DNA from: Nemertoderma westbladi
Lineage: Eukaryota > Animalia > Xenacoelomorpha
Length of the DNA: 64,000 nucleotides
Direction: 5' to 3'
NCBI GenBank assembly: GCA_032718475.1
Contig: JAUCBJ010008450.1
Coordinates: 62,001-126,000 of the forward strand
Shown: positions 33,105 to 45,867 of the stretch, in pieces
How positions within the stretch are numbered: the first letter of the stretch is position 1
Layout: every line of letters starts with the position of its first letter
The notes under the pieces: model-generated
Told to the model about the DNA's origin: nothing
What the model saw: only the letters and a program-made list of their open reading frames with translations
The model's database searches: none
Made by a program: the position numbers and the translations under genes

Positions 33105-34830
33105 TGATCTGATTGCTGCAATAATTTCATCAGGAATCCCATATAATGAAAGTATGCTGAACATACGTGAGCGAGAGACTGAATCAAAGGCCTTGAAGAA
33201 GTCAACAAATATAACAGCCGGATGCCTGTCTTTCTTTTTTGATAACTCTTCAATTATCCTTCTAAGTGCCAAAATGGGCTCCATGGTCCCACGACCTTTA
33301 CGGAACCCATTCTGATTTCCACGGAGCAGTCTCTCAATGGGATCCCTGATGCGATTTAATAGAATTCTATTGCATAGCTTTGCAGCAATCGAGATCGATG
33401 AGATTCCCCGAAAAGAACCATAGAGTGTTAGGTTGCCCTTCTTGGGAACTGGCACCAACTTTTTTGTTTTCATTTCTTGTGGGACTCTTGTTGTGCGGTA
33501 CATGTCTACTATGATGGGATAGATGAGTTTTAAACACTCAGTCTCAACACTCAGCTGTAGTGTGAAGCTGGATCTCATACTTGGCTGTTGCAACAGAGAG
33601 GACCAGATTTCGTTGTTCTGCTAGCACGCAGACTAAGTCTTACCTTGGCCACAATAAGGCGGTGATCACTGGAGAAGGGTCGTAGTGTAAATGCATCACA
33701 GTCTTGTATAGAGCTCCTGTATTTCCTACGAAACAGGATATGGTCTATCTGGGACTTGTGACCACTGGGTCCACTATGAGTCCATAGCTTTCCAGTTCGC
33801 TTCTTGAACTGGGTTCCAGCCAAAAACAATCCATTACCAGAGATAAAATCCTGAAGATGGACGGAATTTCGGTTAACACTATTGCTATAGACCCAGGGCG
33901 ATGTAGGTGATTGATGCAGACTTGCATTAAAGTCTCTCAGGAATGTTAAGAATGCATGCTGATCCACTCCATCAGTAGCTGCTTGTAGATTCTGGTAGAA
34001 ATTTTCCACTTCATCTACAGGGACAACACTAGTTGGAGAGTAGCACACAATCAGAATCACCTTAGGAAACTTCTTAGCCAGTCTTCCAGAACATGAGAAG
34101 TGGCAACGGATGATGCAGTTAGAGATTTGGTCTATTTTGTCCAATGCTGCATGTGCAGTTGGATTCATCAATAGACCAATTCCACCGTTGCCACGAATCC
34201 CTCTCCCCCTCACAATCTGGCCTCCCTGGTGATCCAGGGTTTGGACCAGAAAAGTCACCAGGAAAGGGACTCAAAGAATTGTTTGCTGCTCTCTCTCCAG
34301 TAGGAGGTGAGACAGGCAGCCGCTCAGGAGATAACTGACGCCTGTGAGGCCGATTGTGTCCAGTCATTCCACTGGCCTCTAGTGGCTGGACCTCCGCATT
34401 ACTAATGTAATCCATAGTGGGGGTTGGGGGGTGCTTTTTTGCCGAGTCAGCTCTCGGGGCAAATACCACACTCTGGTTTGCCATTCCACAGGGTGGGTGT
34501 CGCAGTGGAGTCAGATATGAGGCCCATCACCCATATCTACTCTGGCGCACATGACCCACCATTGGCTGTGCAGCTCATCTGCTGGGTCATGCCCGGTACC
34601 CCTGTTGCCAGTTGCAGGTCGCAGTGAAGTGCACTCAGAGTGGACATGAGAACACTCTACTCCTGACCAGCCATTGGTAGATCACCATCTGCCTGGCCAG
34701 GCCATATACCCCTGCAGCCAAGTATATGGGTCCTTAATCCAGGACCAAGGGCGTCCTTATCCCAGAACGAAGGGGGTCCTAGTTACAGGACCAGATTTGC
34801 CCTAGTAAGAGGGTCTGTGCAGCTACAGGT
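33105..34830 (-). mobile_element. RTE-clade LINE, 5' half (5' UTR, APE endonuclease, RT start)
   Basis: GGIGLL, VCYSPT, DFNA, WTH, QIDHIL, SDHRL; VPVPKKGNL, FRGIS, NQNGFRKGR. Frameshifts and deletions. Confidence 0.88.
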
Positions 34831-36307
34831 GGCACCTCCTTTATGCTGCATGGAGGTGGCAAGTTTTCTTGATAAATGACCTAGAATACCTGACCTGACC
34901 TGATCATTGTGTACAATCAAGTGTGTACCTGTACATTGTACATTCTTGTATAATGCATACATCACAAACTAGGTCCTATATAGGTCTGCAGACTGCAGAA
35001 TCTCACTGGCCCCCCCAAGATTGAGACAGAAAGTCGCTCCACTTTGCAAGACATTGTTTCGCCATGGGGATCAGCCTCAGCATGTTCACAATTGAATGCT
35101 TTGGTGGTCCAATGAAGAAAATATGCAAGTGAGAGGCAAAAAAACACTCGCCATAACATTGTGGATGATCTTGTGAAATACAGTTGATACAGGAGAATTG
35201 TGGCAGCACAATATTGTGTGATTGAAAAATACCCCCCCCCCCCCCCCCCCCCCATAATAGGCTGGTTACTTCTACAATTTCCATGGTGGCAAGCAATTAT
35301 CATCCATCATGGATTTCAATTTTTAGGAATGGTGTATATTCCATTAATGGATCTCTTGTCTTTGGCACCAAACATAGACTTTCACATATAAGCACATTGT
35401 AGCTGATAATAAAATTACCTTCAGTATAGATTAGCATATGGGATGACTCCCATATGCTTGTTAGTTTATTTAATGCAGATCATCCCTTGACTCGGACTCA
35501 GCAGATTCACTAATTGACAGAAAAACATCAAGGACCAGAAGAAGTTTTATTTTCCAGGAAAAGTGTTCTACGGTTTTACATTTCTACATGTTCTCATCTA
35601 CATCTACATCTTCTAAGGTTACATCCATTTCTTTACATTCTAAGGCTTTACATTATTATCATTATGATGAGTTTGGATCTCCACGTATACATAACACCAC
35701 TTTGACTACAACCAAAATCCAGTGTTCTTGTCAATGTTCTTTCTCTCCCACAAATTTTCTAAGCTTCTCCAATGAATTCAAGGTTATTCATAGCATGGCC
35801 TACTTATTTAAGTAGACCATGTTCATAGATTGCCCAATGAAAATTTTGTAGGACTTCAAATTTATTATCCAATTCATCTTGCAGTTGCATGGTGATATGA
35901 TCAATTAAACAGTAAGAGTTGAATCCAGCAGAGAAGACTACTCTGATTTATTAGTGTGTACATCTTCTATATTGATCATAAACTTCAACAGAAATGTCAT
36001 CACACACCCTTTTTGTCAATTGTCAAACTTAGTTCTCTACAGCAAATACCTGTTTCTATGAATACAATTAGAGCAATCCTCTCTGCTGGGGTTGCCTAAT
36101 ATACAACACTCTGGTGAATAAATAAATTCATAAACAGTTTTTCTGACTGGCCTTGCCAAGTTCCAAGTTAGTGCAGTCTTGAGGGAGAGGCATCCGAGAC
36201 TGATGTTGTGGGATGCCACACTAAAGTTTAACTAATTATACAATTTATGACAAATAAATATAACAAATTATGTTTTATCTAAGATATATTCTTGCAATTG
36301 TTTCCAG

Positions 36308-36456
36308 GATGGGATCATGCTATTTGAAGACCCAAATTTCGGAGGTTTTGAAGCAGATCTTCAAAAGGACGTAGAAGATTTCACTATTCACCATGGGCAC
36401 ATAAACGAAGTAATCAGCTCTCTCATTATTGTTGGCGGTACTTGGGAGGTTTTTGA
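36308..36456 (+). CDS. Beta/gamma-crystallin gene, exon d (149 nt, phase 0/2)
   Basis: tttccag|gat ... ttt ga|gttagt; DGIMLFEDPNFGGFEADLQKDVEDFTIHHGHINEVISSLIIVGGTWEVF(E). Confidence 0.9.
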
Positions 36457-36595
36457 GTTAGTCAAGTGTTTGAGAATACAATCAGATATTTGTGAAATAC
36501 ATAAATGGGCAACAATTTCAACTTCAAGATATTTATATCAATACATAAGGATAACTAATATCTAATATAGATTTTTTTATTTTTAGATATTTATT

Positions 36596-36627
<32 letters not shown>

Positions 36628-37159
36628 AAAAATAATAATAATATATAACTATTAAGAAAAAGGTTGAATGTTGTATTCATTAACAGCAGTGTTGTTTTCA
36701 ATTGAAGCAGCAAAAAGGGTGTAAAAAGGGTGTAAGGCTGATTTTGCGGTTTCAAGGGTAATGCATTTTCTGGGGTAAAAATCCACGCTGCATCGATTGG
36801 CCACTTTGCTTAAGCCATATATTTGTTTTTTTTTATCGAGATAATTTAATGTAAAAAAATAGTGCTTTTGAAGTCAGTAGAAAAAGGGTGTAACTGCCAA
36901 AGATATACCCTTATGCATCTCACTACTCAAAAAGTGTTTGCAGTATCCACATTTCAGGTACCGGTTTAAAGAGTCTATAACAGCGTGACAGTGTCAAGTA
37001 CCCAGTATCATTTATTATTGATGATTTTGGTGAATGAGTGGTTTCATATTATTATAACTTTTTGCCAGCAGAGGATGGTATGGCAGATGGGAGGCCATGA
37101 GGAGGTAAATTGCGGACATACAAGGTATCAAATAGTATTTCTAGGTCTATCTTTTACCT

Positions 37160-37232
37160 GAGCCGCTAGCTGAATGGTTAGAGCATCAGACTTCCAACCC
37201 GGAGGTCACCAGTTCGATCCCACCTGGACGTC
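37160..37232 (+). mobile_element. tRNA-derived SINE head / tRNA pseudogene
   Basis: A box tagctgaatgg and B-box-like agttcgatcc at tRNA spacing, but the acceptor and T stems do not pair. Confidence 0.6.
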
Positions 37233-37566
37233 ATTGCCGACTTTACAAAACCCAGTATCATGTAATACCATAGTGATAGTTTTTCTCTATCTCAATGCTA
37301 ATAGTAGGACATTAGTAAGTACTGTGTTTAAGAACACCTTCCTCATATTTTTAATCTAGTTTTAAGTAAGATGATCTAATTTGATGTCAAAATTGTATTG
37401 GTGTAAATTAAAATGCTTTTGGTGTTATGTTTTTTCAATTTTTCTAATTTGTGCAATATTATTATTATATTATTATATTTATCTGCAATATATAATAGCA
37501 ATTTATTTTATATTCTTAATATATTTACTAAGTTGTCAACGCTTATTATTGACTATAATTTTGCAG

Positions 37567-37744
37567 AGATGCGGATTTCTCTGGTGTTGGTAGTCTAGAA
37601 CTCTACCCCGGCGTTTATCCTTTTAATGACTTTTTTCTTCCTGCTGGAGTTAACTTAGTATCATCAGCGAAACGAGTACAGCTAACAGTTGATAACAACA
37701 CCTGCCATAATGAGATTATTTTATTCAGTAAAGAGAACTTCAAG
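37567..37744 (+). CDS. Beta/gamma-crystallin gene, exon e (178 nt, phase 2/0)
   Basis: tttgcag|a ... aag|gttagt; DADFSGVGSLELYPGVYPFNDFFLPAGVNLVSSAKRVQLTVDNNTCHNEIILFSKENFK. Not in the supplied ORF track. Confidence 0.88.
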
Positions 37745-39548
37745 GTTAGTGAGTAAATGCTAGAGGGACACTTAAATTCGAGAGATATAGCCATGGAGAC
37801 ACTACTACTATCACAACAATATAAAGCAATAGACCATAATTTGTATTGTATTCTTAACAAATGTCTGATGTCTGAAGGAAGACCTTACAGAATTCATAAC
37901 AGGAAGGTGGGAGAGGATAGTACAAACAAGAACAACAACATGAACAACAAAGAACAAAATTATTCTAGATAATTATTAATGACAAACCATATAGTACAAT
38001 AGTTTCGAAAAAAAGACCACAAAAATATTTATGTTTCAGTTCACGGCAATCAAATAACTATAAAATCAGTAGGCCTTGTCATTCTTTCTCGTAAAAAAAA
38101 TTGTAAAAGAAAAATATATTTAATTCATTATAAACGTACAGTAATACATGCTTTATATATAAGTGTATACATATGCATCACACATAGATATCGTAATAAC
38201 AAGCTACCAAAAATAAAGAAATTGAAAAATAATTATATTTGATACATAAACAGGACCTCCATGAAGTACTTACACATACACATGTAGATATTACTCTTAT
38301 TGGGCGTAAAGTACTGACTGAGGCTATGAAAGACGAGTTGCTTATATTAAAAGTCACAGAGGGCAGAGAATAGGTAAGGGGTGTTTCATCCTGAATTGTC
38401 AAGTCATCACATTGACAAACTCACCAGTGGTGTGGCACGGGGCTCCATCTACCGTTTTCTACACGAAGTTTGTGTCAGATTAACCATAGTCAAGTAAAAA
38501 TTACTCTGAGGTGGTCTGAAATATATTAAGCTCTATTGCGGTATATATCATGACTACGAAGATCTGGGTTTAGAATCGTCCTGTACATGATTAACTTTGT
38601 CGCAGTGTCTGGATTCTAGAATGAATGGCTCCCTGGGGGTCTGAGTCATCGAACTCAATAAATTTTTGAGGAAATGGAAACCGTTTATGATCTCTTGCAC
38701 ATATCAAACTCCACATGGAATGGAATTTCATAATCTGGATTTCTAAACATCTTCAATAAAAATATCTTCCTAGAGTGCGAGACCCGGTAGGGCAATGAGC
38801 TCACCCTGTGTGGCGATATTAGTATAACCAAGGTTCCATATGACAGAGACAATTGCAATTCGGACAGATTAGTTTTATTTCACATATTTGTCTTTTATGA
38901 AATAAAAGGTAGATTCTTTATAGGGCCGCTAGAGGGCCATCACTACTAATTATCCGTTGACAATTTCCTGAAAATTCACGTGGAATTACAGAATGTAGTA
39001 AAAATTGTACAAATTATGAGATATGAAATATTTTTTCAGCAAATAATTTAAATGTATTTATGGGGAATATGTGCTGGGGTCCATAAACAAGTTATAAACT
39101 TGATTTATCTGATATCCATTTATATTAAAACCAATTGAGATAATTAACTAAAATAATACAAAGTGATTTGTTCGCGGTGGCAAAGTTAACAATTTCAAGA
39201 AATTTTCAAAAATATCTGATATTTGCTGGATTTGTTTGGGGGTAAAGTTTATGCTTTAAAGGTTTAATTCTTGATTTGTCATCTATTTTAAATACCATCG
39301 CCTCTATCTAGACATGGGGAATCAATCACGTTCAAAATTTTAAATTTTCAAAAAAAAATATAAATAGCCCCCATCCATTAAAATTTCATTTGAGATGTGC
39401 TGTGGTCAAACATTAATTTAAATTCAGATTTTAAAATTATTTTCATTTCGCACAAAGTTTTATTAGGGAAAATCTATAATTCAAAAAAATAAATTTCGAT
39501 CCTCCCTTTGGGTGCACAACCACTGCATTATAAATATTATTCTTATAG

Positions 39549-39646
39549 GGCCGTTCAATAAAGCTCAATGGGGACTGCAACGCACTCTGCTTCCAAAAAA
39601 GAGCCATGGACAATGACGCCAGGAGTGTTCGTGTGAACTGCGGATC
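39549..39646 (+). CDS. Beta/gamma-crystallin gene, exon f (98 nt, phase 0/2)
   Basis: ttcttatag|ggc ... gga tc|gttagt; GRSIKLNGDCNALCFQKRAMDNDARSVRVNCG(S). Completes NFK-G and CGS-W across both junctions. Confidence 0.88.
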
Positions 39647-41189
39647 GTTAGTTTGAACTTTACTATTATCTGTAACCTTGATATAATTACCAACCAACCT
39701 TCAATCATTAACCATATTAATACTGCGCCGGTAAAATGTTGTTCTAATACTGGAGAGGGTGGGTGATGTTACGGGATTAATCCATATATGCACTTCAACA
39801 ACCCAGAACCAATATATCACCTTATTAGCCGTCAGTTATATAAGGCAGTAATTATTACCTGACAAAGCAGGGTTCTGTTACTTACAAAGGTCAAGGTAGC
39901 AGTAGGGCCCAGTCGCCAAACCAAAGAGGTGTCAAGTGGTTGCGCAATTAACCATGTTGTCATACAGTAAATGTATTGTGCATATAACATATTGTTTACC
40001 CACTGTACATAGGATATGGGGAGAGCTTTATGTGTTCTAAAATTTTTGTGTTATTGCCCAGCTGGGAGAGAGAGGATAACAAATTAGTCAGAACGATTAA
40101 CCACAGCTAGGCTGCTGCCATCTAATGAGATTAGTGGCATGCAGAACCAATCAGAACCTTATTCAAATAAGCCTATTAGGTGTCTCTCTCTCTCTCTGGG
40201 TATATAATTGTGGGGCGAGCGACGAAAGTAAGCGAGCTTAGCATACAGGTACCACTAACTCAATCGGTGTGTCTGTTGCTCTGTTGTGCTGTTGATTTAT
40301 TGTTCTGTTGTTCTGTTGATATGTTGTTCTGTCGTTCTGTTGTGTCCAATTTTAAACGTTAATAACTCAGCCAAATGTTAATGAAATTTAACCAAACTTG
40401 GTACACATGTAGTCTGGCCGAAGTTTAGAAATTGTCCAAGTTGAATTTCCGTGTGGCCTTCGAGAAGCATATAATTGGAGTTAATTATTTAATTAAATTG
40501 TTTAGGGTAAAAACAGCAATTTCAACCTTCCTCTTAAAGAATATTAATTATTTTCTAGTATAAGTATAATTAAGTAATGGTAATAAGTCTAGTATAATTA
40601 TACTTCAAAATTATATAACTGTATTCCCCATACCCCATTCCATTATAGTTTTTAATTAGTTCAAGAGATTTGTTTTAAGAAATGTGTTTTTTAATTGATC
40701 TAAACGTAATTAAGTTATCAAAATGACACCGTATTTCTATACTTCCAGCTCCCTCATTCATTGGCATGCTTGCTATTGCCTAGCCTATCTGCTGGCGCTG
40801 AGAACCAGTCCAACCATCTCAGCACTACTTGGCAACGGGTAATTACATCAATAGGACATAGGCACTACTGTAGTGTAAGGTGCCAGACTAAAAAGCCAGC
40901 TTGCTTTATCTGCCTTTCATTAATCCTCTGTGCTCCTTTGGGTTGGGGTGGTGCAGATTAATAAGAGGGCGGTTGAAGCAAGGGGGGGGGGGGGGGGGGG
41001 CTCTTTATTCTCTTCTTTGATTTATTCTTATTGACGTTTTGGTTAAATTTTCATAATTATTTACGTAAATTTCTTAAGTACCGATTTGGGGATAGAATTG
41101 CTCAATTTTAATCTGTATCTAATAACTGAGCCTCGTCCTTCGCAATGGCCCCACGAAAGTGTTGTTGTTGTTAATGTTTAATCCAGACA

Positions 41190-42075
41190 AGCACTTTAAG
41201 TGTAAGCATATTACAGACATAATGCACATAAATTCATATTTACAGATACATTTATTCGTACAGTAAGTATAATAGTAGGATTATAATATATATATTAAGT
41301 AATATAATGTAATTAATCAAAATTAACCCTATATGAGTAATACTGTTAAATCCACTCTGCACAATTATTCATCTGGCTAATGCGGGATACCCCGCTAATG
41401 TTGCAGATATTACGAATAGTCCTAACTATAGAATTATTAGATGAGTGAATTATTTTTAAATAAACTATTAATAGAACTATATCTGATATGAACAAACATT
41501 GGTAAGTTTAGATTACCACATGCCATAGAAATACTCATAGCATCCCGTTTGTAACTCTAGGTATATTGAATAAACTTCGTAAACAATTATTATATGCAAC
41601 TTTAAGTTTATTATGGACAGCACTAGAATAGTTAGATTTCGCCCATAGTGAATTACAATGTATTGAAGTACAAAACGCTCTATGGGCATGTACCCATGTC
41701 TCAACATCGTGGTGAAGTGACTCGCCAAGATATTCATTAGTTTGAAACTACACCCGAAGATAACATGTTCTGTAGAAATTCCATCAGGTCCTATCGCTTT
41801 TCCTTGTTCTAACTTATTTATGCTAATGCTGTCGCAAACCTCAACTATCGATACATGGTCAGATTCCGAAAAGATCGATTCTTAATTAGTAATTCAACGT
41901 ATTCTTTCTCCGAGTCGTCGTTTACGCTGTTGTACAACCCATCGAAGTGTTCCTTCCATAATGCACTTATCTCTTCCGGCCCAGTTGCGTTACCAACCTT
42001 ATTTGGGGGTTCTACGTGGGTTTTCCTAGCCTTGTCCCAGAAATCTTTAGAATAATTTCTAACTAGTGACGGGCC
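41190..42075 (-). mobile_element. RTEX-like LINE relic with internal deletion
   Basis: WKEHFDGLYN, GKAIGPDGISTEH, FTTMLRHGYMP, joined to C-terminal YNNCLRSLFNIPR. Confidence 0.7.
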
Positions 42076-42204
42076 TAGCAGCCCGATAAGGAACCGACTT
42101 TTTATTTAAAGTAAACGAGATAACGAGAAATAGTATAGAACTAATAATTATGTATAAATACAATCATATTTCATACAATAATTATTAATAAAGCGATCTA
42201 TTAT

Positions 42205-42345
42205 TAGTACCAGTTAAATAACTGGGAGCAAATCTTGGGATAGGAGTAGCGCCCACCCCTACCCTCAAGTAGCAGCTATCGAAAGAGGAGCCTTCGGGTC
42301 GCCTCCGGCTTCGGCCGACTGTTTGCGTGCTTGCTTGCTTTGCTA
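42205..42345 (+). mobile_element. SINE 3' part (family also at ~42930-43030 and ~50035-50200)
   Basis: agtaccagttaaat...ggagtagcgcccacccctac...gctatcgaaagaggagccttcgggtcgcctc...gactgttt(gctt)n is shared among three dispersed copies. Confidence 0.65.
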
Positions 42346-43149
42346 TTATTAGTTGCTCAATTCTAGAACAAAATCGACCTGCAATTAGTGAAGATCTCGT
42401 TTTGGAATTTTGAAACCATGCTGGTGCGATGTGCAAGATCGCGTTTAGTTTATAAATTGAAAATTCCATCAATTCATGTGCACCCAGTAATAAGAAATCG
42501 TGATAAATGTAATTAAATACAAATTATTCTAGAAAAATTTTCCTCTAAACTAGACAAGTGAGATTCAGGATATTTTGTTTAATATAACAAGTCTCGCATA
42601 TTATATTAGATTAAAATTGTATATAAAATTAAATATATAGCTGCACCAACCCAACATCCCACCACCAATCAGAACAATACAATTAAGACAAACCAATTAA
42701 ACATACAATTAAAAACGGTGCACCGTGGATTAATACCGGTCTGCGAGGTCATTCCCCCGCAGACCCGCACCATCTCCAAAGCCCAGCGCCCTCCAGGGAC
42801 GCCGGCTGGCAGGGATTCAGGATATTGCCTTTTATATAAAAATCGAAAACGCCATGTTTACATTAACCAACACCTTTACTTTACATTTTTCAGTGACTTA
42901 ATAATAACCTATAGTTAATGTTCAACCTTGGGAGTTAATGTGGCGCCCTCCCTGCCTTTCAGGTAACGGCCAAGGGAGAGAGAGGAGCTTTCGGGTTGCC
43001 TCTGGTGTTTCATGTTCACAGATTACCTTACTTAATTTTCTTCATTGACTTAATATCATATCTATATTAGTACCAGTAATAAGTACTATCAATGTTATTT
43101 TTTTAATTAAAAAAAACTAGCTCACAATTAATATCTGCAACAATATAAA

Positions 43150-45200
43150 TAGCACCAATCGATTCAGCATAAGTGAAATACCCATGAAAGTTATTTTTAT
43201 ATTGTTCATTGTCGAAATTGTGACCTGAAGGTGATTGGAACGAATGGCCCCCGCTAGTAGGCCTGGACTCGTGATGTGCCAGTCCTTTAGTAGAGTTGTC
43301 TTTGGTTGCACCTTATCATTGAAAAAATGAGTGTACCAATTAATCACATTTACACTAATACAATAACATTGCATTTCATATAGGAGCTTACTTATTACGA
43401 CAGTGTCGAATGCTTTGGCATAGTCTGTGTAGACAACGTCACAGAATTGTTTGTTGTTGAGGGCGATGCCCCAGTGATAGGTGAGGTCCAGAATTTGTGT
43501 CATTGGACTGCGGCCGCGAATAAAACCAAACTGTTCTTCGGGTATGAGGTTGTCCAATAAGTAAGCTCCCATCTGATCAATTATAATCTTTTCGCTTTCT
43601 CTACCTAATATAGAAATAGGGTGTTCGGACACTTCCCCCCCGGACACTTCCCCCCCGGACAGTTCCCCCCCGCTCAAGTAGGACACTTCCCCCCCGGACA
43701 CTTCCCCCCCAGACACTTCCCCCCCGCGGACACTTCCCCCCGACTGTTCTTAACTTCGCACATTCGTATTTTTCATTTTGTAAGGTAAACCGCTTGTATC
43801 CAGATAAGTTGTATCCAATTTTCCTTTCGTAGCTCAGAAAGAAATCTTTTGTATCCCGATTTTACATTTTATATCAAAGTTTTATTTATGGGTTTTATCA
43901 ATGCAATTACATCGTATTGTTTGCTAATCTTTAAACAATTAATTGTATTATATGACCTATAAATTCCATCCCCGGAATGATATACTGTTTTTATTAACTA
44001 TAGAATTATAATAATTAATTGTTTTAATTATAGGTATTATTATGTAATAGTCTTCTTCAAATTGTAGCAGATGGGGATGAATATTATTGTTGCAATCAAA
44101 ATTATACCTCTCCAGGGTAAAATCGACATGCGTCGACCTGTATTCTGTGTTCAGCATAGTAGCATATTATATTACTATTATACATACTATATAGATATTA
44201 TACACACTACATATTAAATGTCCTGGTTACTTGCAATATTTTTAATAGGATTTTGTTGAATTATATAATATTGTAGTAATTTATATATTAAATTGGTTAA
44301 CATTCAATACAGCTCCTACTTTAGGCTTTGTCAATTTATTATCTGATGATACAAACATGAATTAATTATTTCAAAGTGGTCTTAAGTCTTTCACCACGGG
44401 CACTCAGGGAAATGCTGGGGTCTGGGGGCGATAACCCCCAAGAAAAGAAGCGGGGGTTTGGGGGCGGCAGCCCCCAAGAAAAGAAGCGGGGGTTTGGGGG
44501 CGGTAGAAGTTAAAAGAAATTAAAAGAATTAAAGGAATTAAAAGAAAAACAAACAAAATTTGACTATAAAAATGTTTATTTTATAATTTTGAAAAACTTG
44601 TCTAGATACAACTTGTCCTGTACCCATCTTTAACTTTTGTTTATTGCTTTGATGCACCCAGATTAATTTTAACACTTTAACTGGGGGGGAAGTGTCCGAC
44701 TTGGGCGGGGGGGGAAGTAAGTGTCCGGGGGGGAAGTGTCCGGGGGGGAAGTGTCCTAGATCCAGAAATAGGTCTATAATTTTCTGCACCAGATTGACTA
44801 CCACCTTTGTATGCCAGGATAATATCCCCACGTTTCCAGGGAATCTGGGATATCATCCCCCGTAGTCATTGAATGGTTATGTAACATAGTGGTTCAATAA
44901 GTTCGTTTCTATGACTCTTACGTATGGCCATCGGAATGCCATCAGGCGTATACTTATTTGGTACATTGCTAATTGGTACATTGCTAAGGGGTTTTGAGTA
45001 CTAATTCTACTGTAAAAATAATATCAGTAAAATTAGTTGAGTTGCTAGTGCGGGGTGGTAGTCTGGGCATATAGCCATTATCATCACCTGCATTGGAAGC
45101 ATACTGTTCAAGTAAACGTTCACCCTTAGATATATCCGTTGTAGCTAGAGTAACATCGATTAATTTTAAAGGAGCTACTGAAGGGTTACTGTGTATTTTC
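43150..45200 (-). mobile_element. CR1-like LINE RT relic split by MITE 2
   Basis: NYR|PISILG across the MITE, EQFGFIRGRS, DVVYTDYAKAFDTV; upstream YTPDGIP. Confidence 0.8.
43621..44763. mobile_element. Foldback / MULE-like MITE 2 (~1143 bp)
   Basis: Inverted terminal arrays of ~15-bp ggacacttcccccc(c). TSD agaaatagg at 43612-43620 and 44764-44772 (8 bp if the left TIR starts at 43620). Confidence 0.85.
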
Positions 45201-45867
45201 TTGTTAGCGTACTTGTAGAACGCGTTTCTGTCTCCGGACTTAAGAATTTAATCTTCACAACTCCTTTTGTAAGCAAACATGACATTTTTACATTCTTGGC
45301 ATTGTCAATTGTAATTTCAAAGGCCAAAGGGCGAATCAAAACGCCGCTGCCGGAGAACGAGTTTTTTTGCTAACATTTTTCTAATTTGAGGATGGTAAAT
45401 GCGTTTTGCCTTATTTTTATCATACATAGCAACGTGTTTAGAATATATATTAAAAAATAGATCTAAAAATTTGCACCAAATATCCTGCAAACCTCTACCT
45501 CTATTAAAATCTTCTCCCCTATTAAGCCCGCAGTTCTAGTTTGATCGCATCAGCATTCATTTTCAGAAAATTATAAGCTTGTTTGATTTCTTCTGAAGCC
45601 TTAAATGAATTAAAAAGTATAGCAAAGCTGAATGCACAATGGTTACTGGTACTAAAATTGGGCTATTTTTTTTAAACATTACTAATAAAAAAATAACTCA
45701 AGATGCGGAATAAGTGAAGGGGGTCTTGGTACCTAGTCATAACACCTTTAATTTGTGCTTTGAATTATCATTTTATATAGCCTAGAGACTTACCGAAAGT
45801 TGATGATAGTGATATCTGCAATCCATTTAATTATTGCTTTATTATTCTTTATTTATAAATCCTGCAG

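Noticed and set aside
34900-36230. Possible R4/Dong-like non-LTR relic on the - strand (GIFQ, QKGC-like remnants)
   Set aside because: Too decayed to support from motifs alone.
37160-37232. Functional tRNA gene
   Set aside because: A and B boxes are present, but the acceptor and T stems do not pair; treated as a SINE head.
38915-38970. Alternative crystallin exon (tttatag|ggccgc resembles the exon f acceptor)
   Set aside because: In-frame TAG at the third codon and no crystallin motif.
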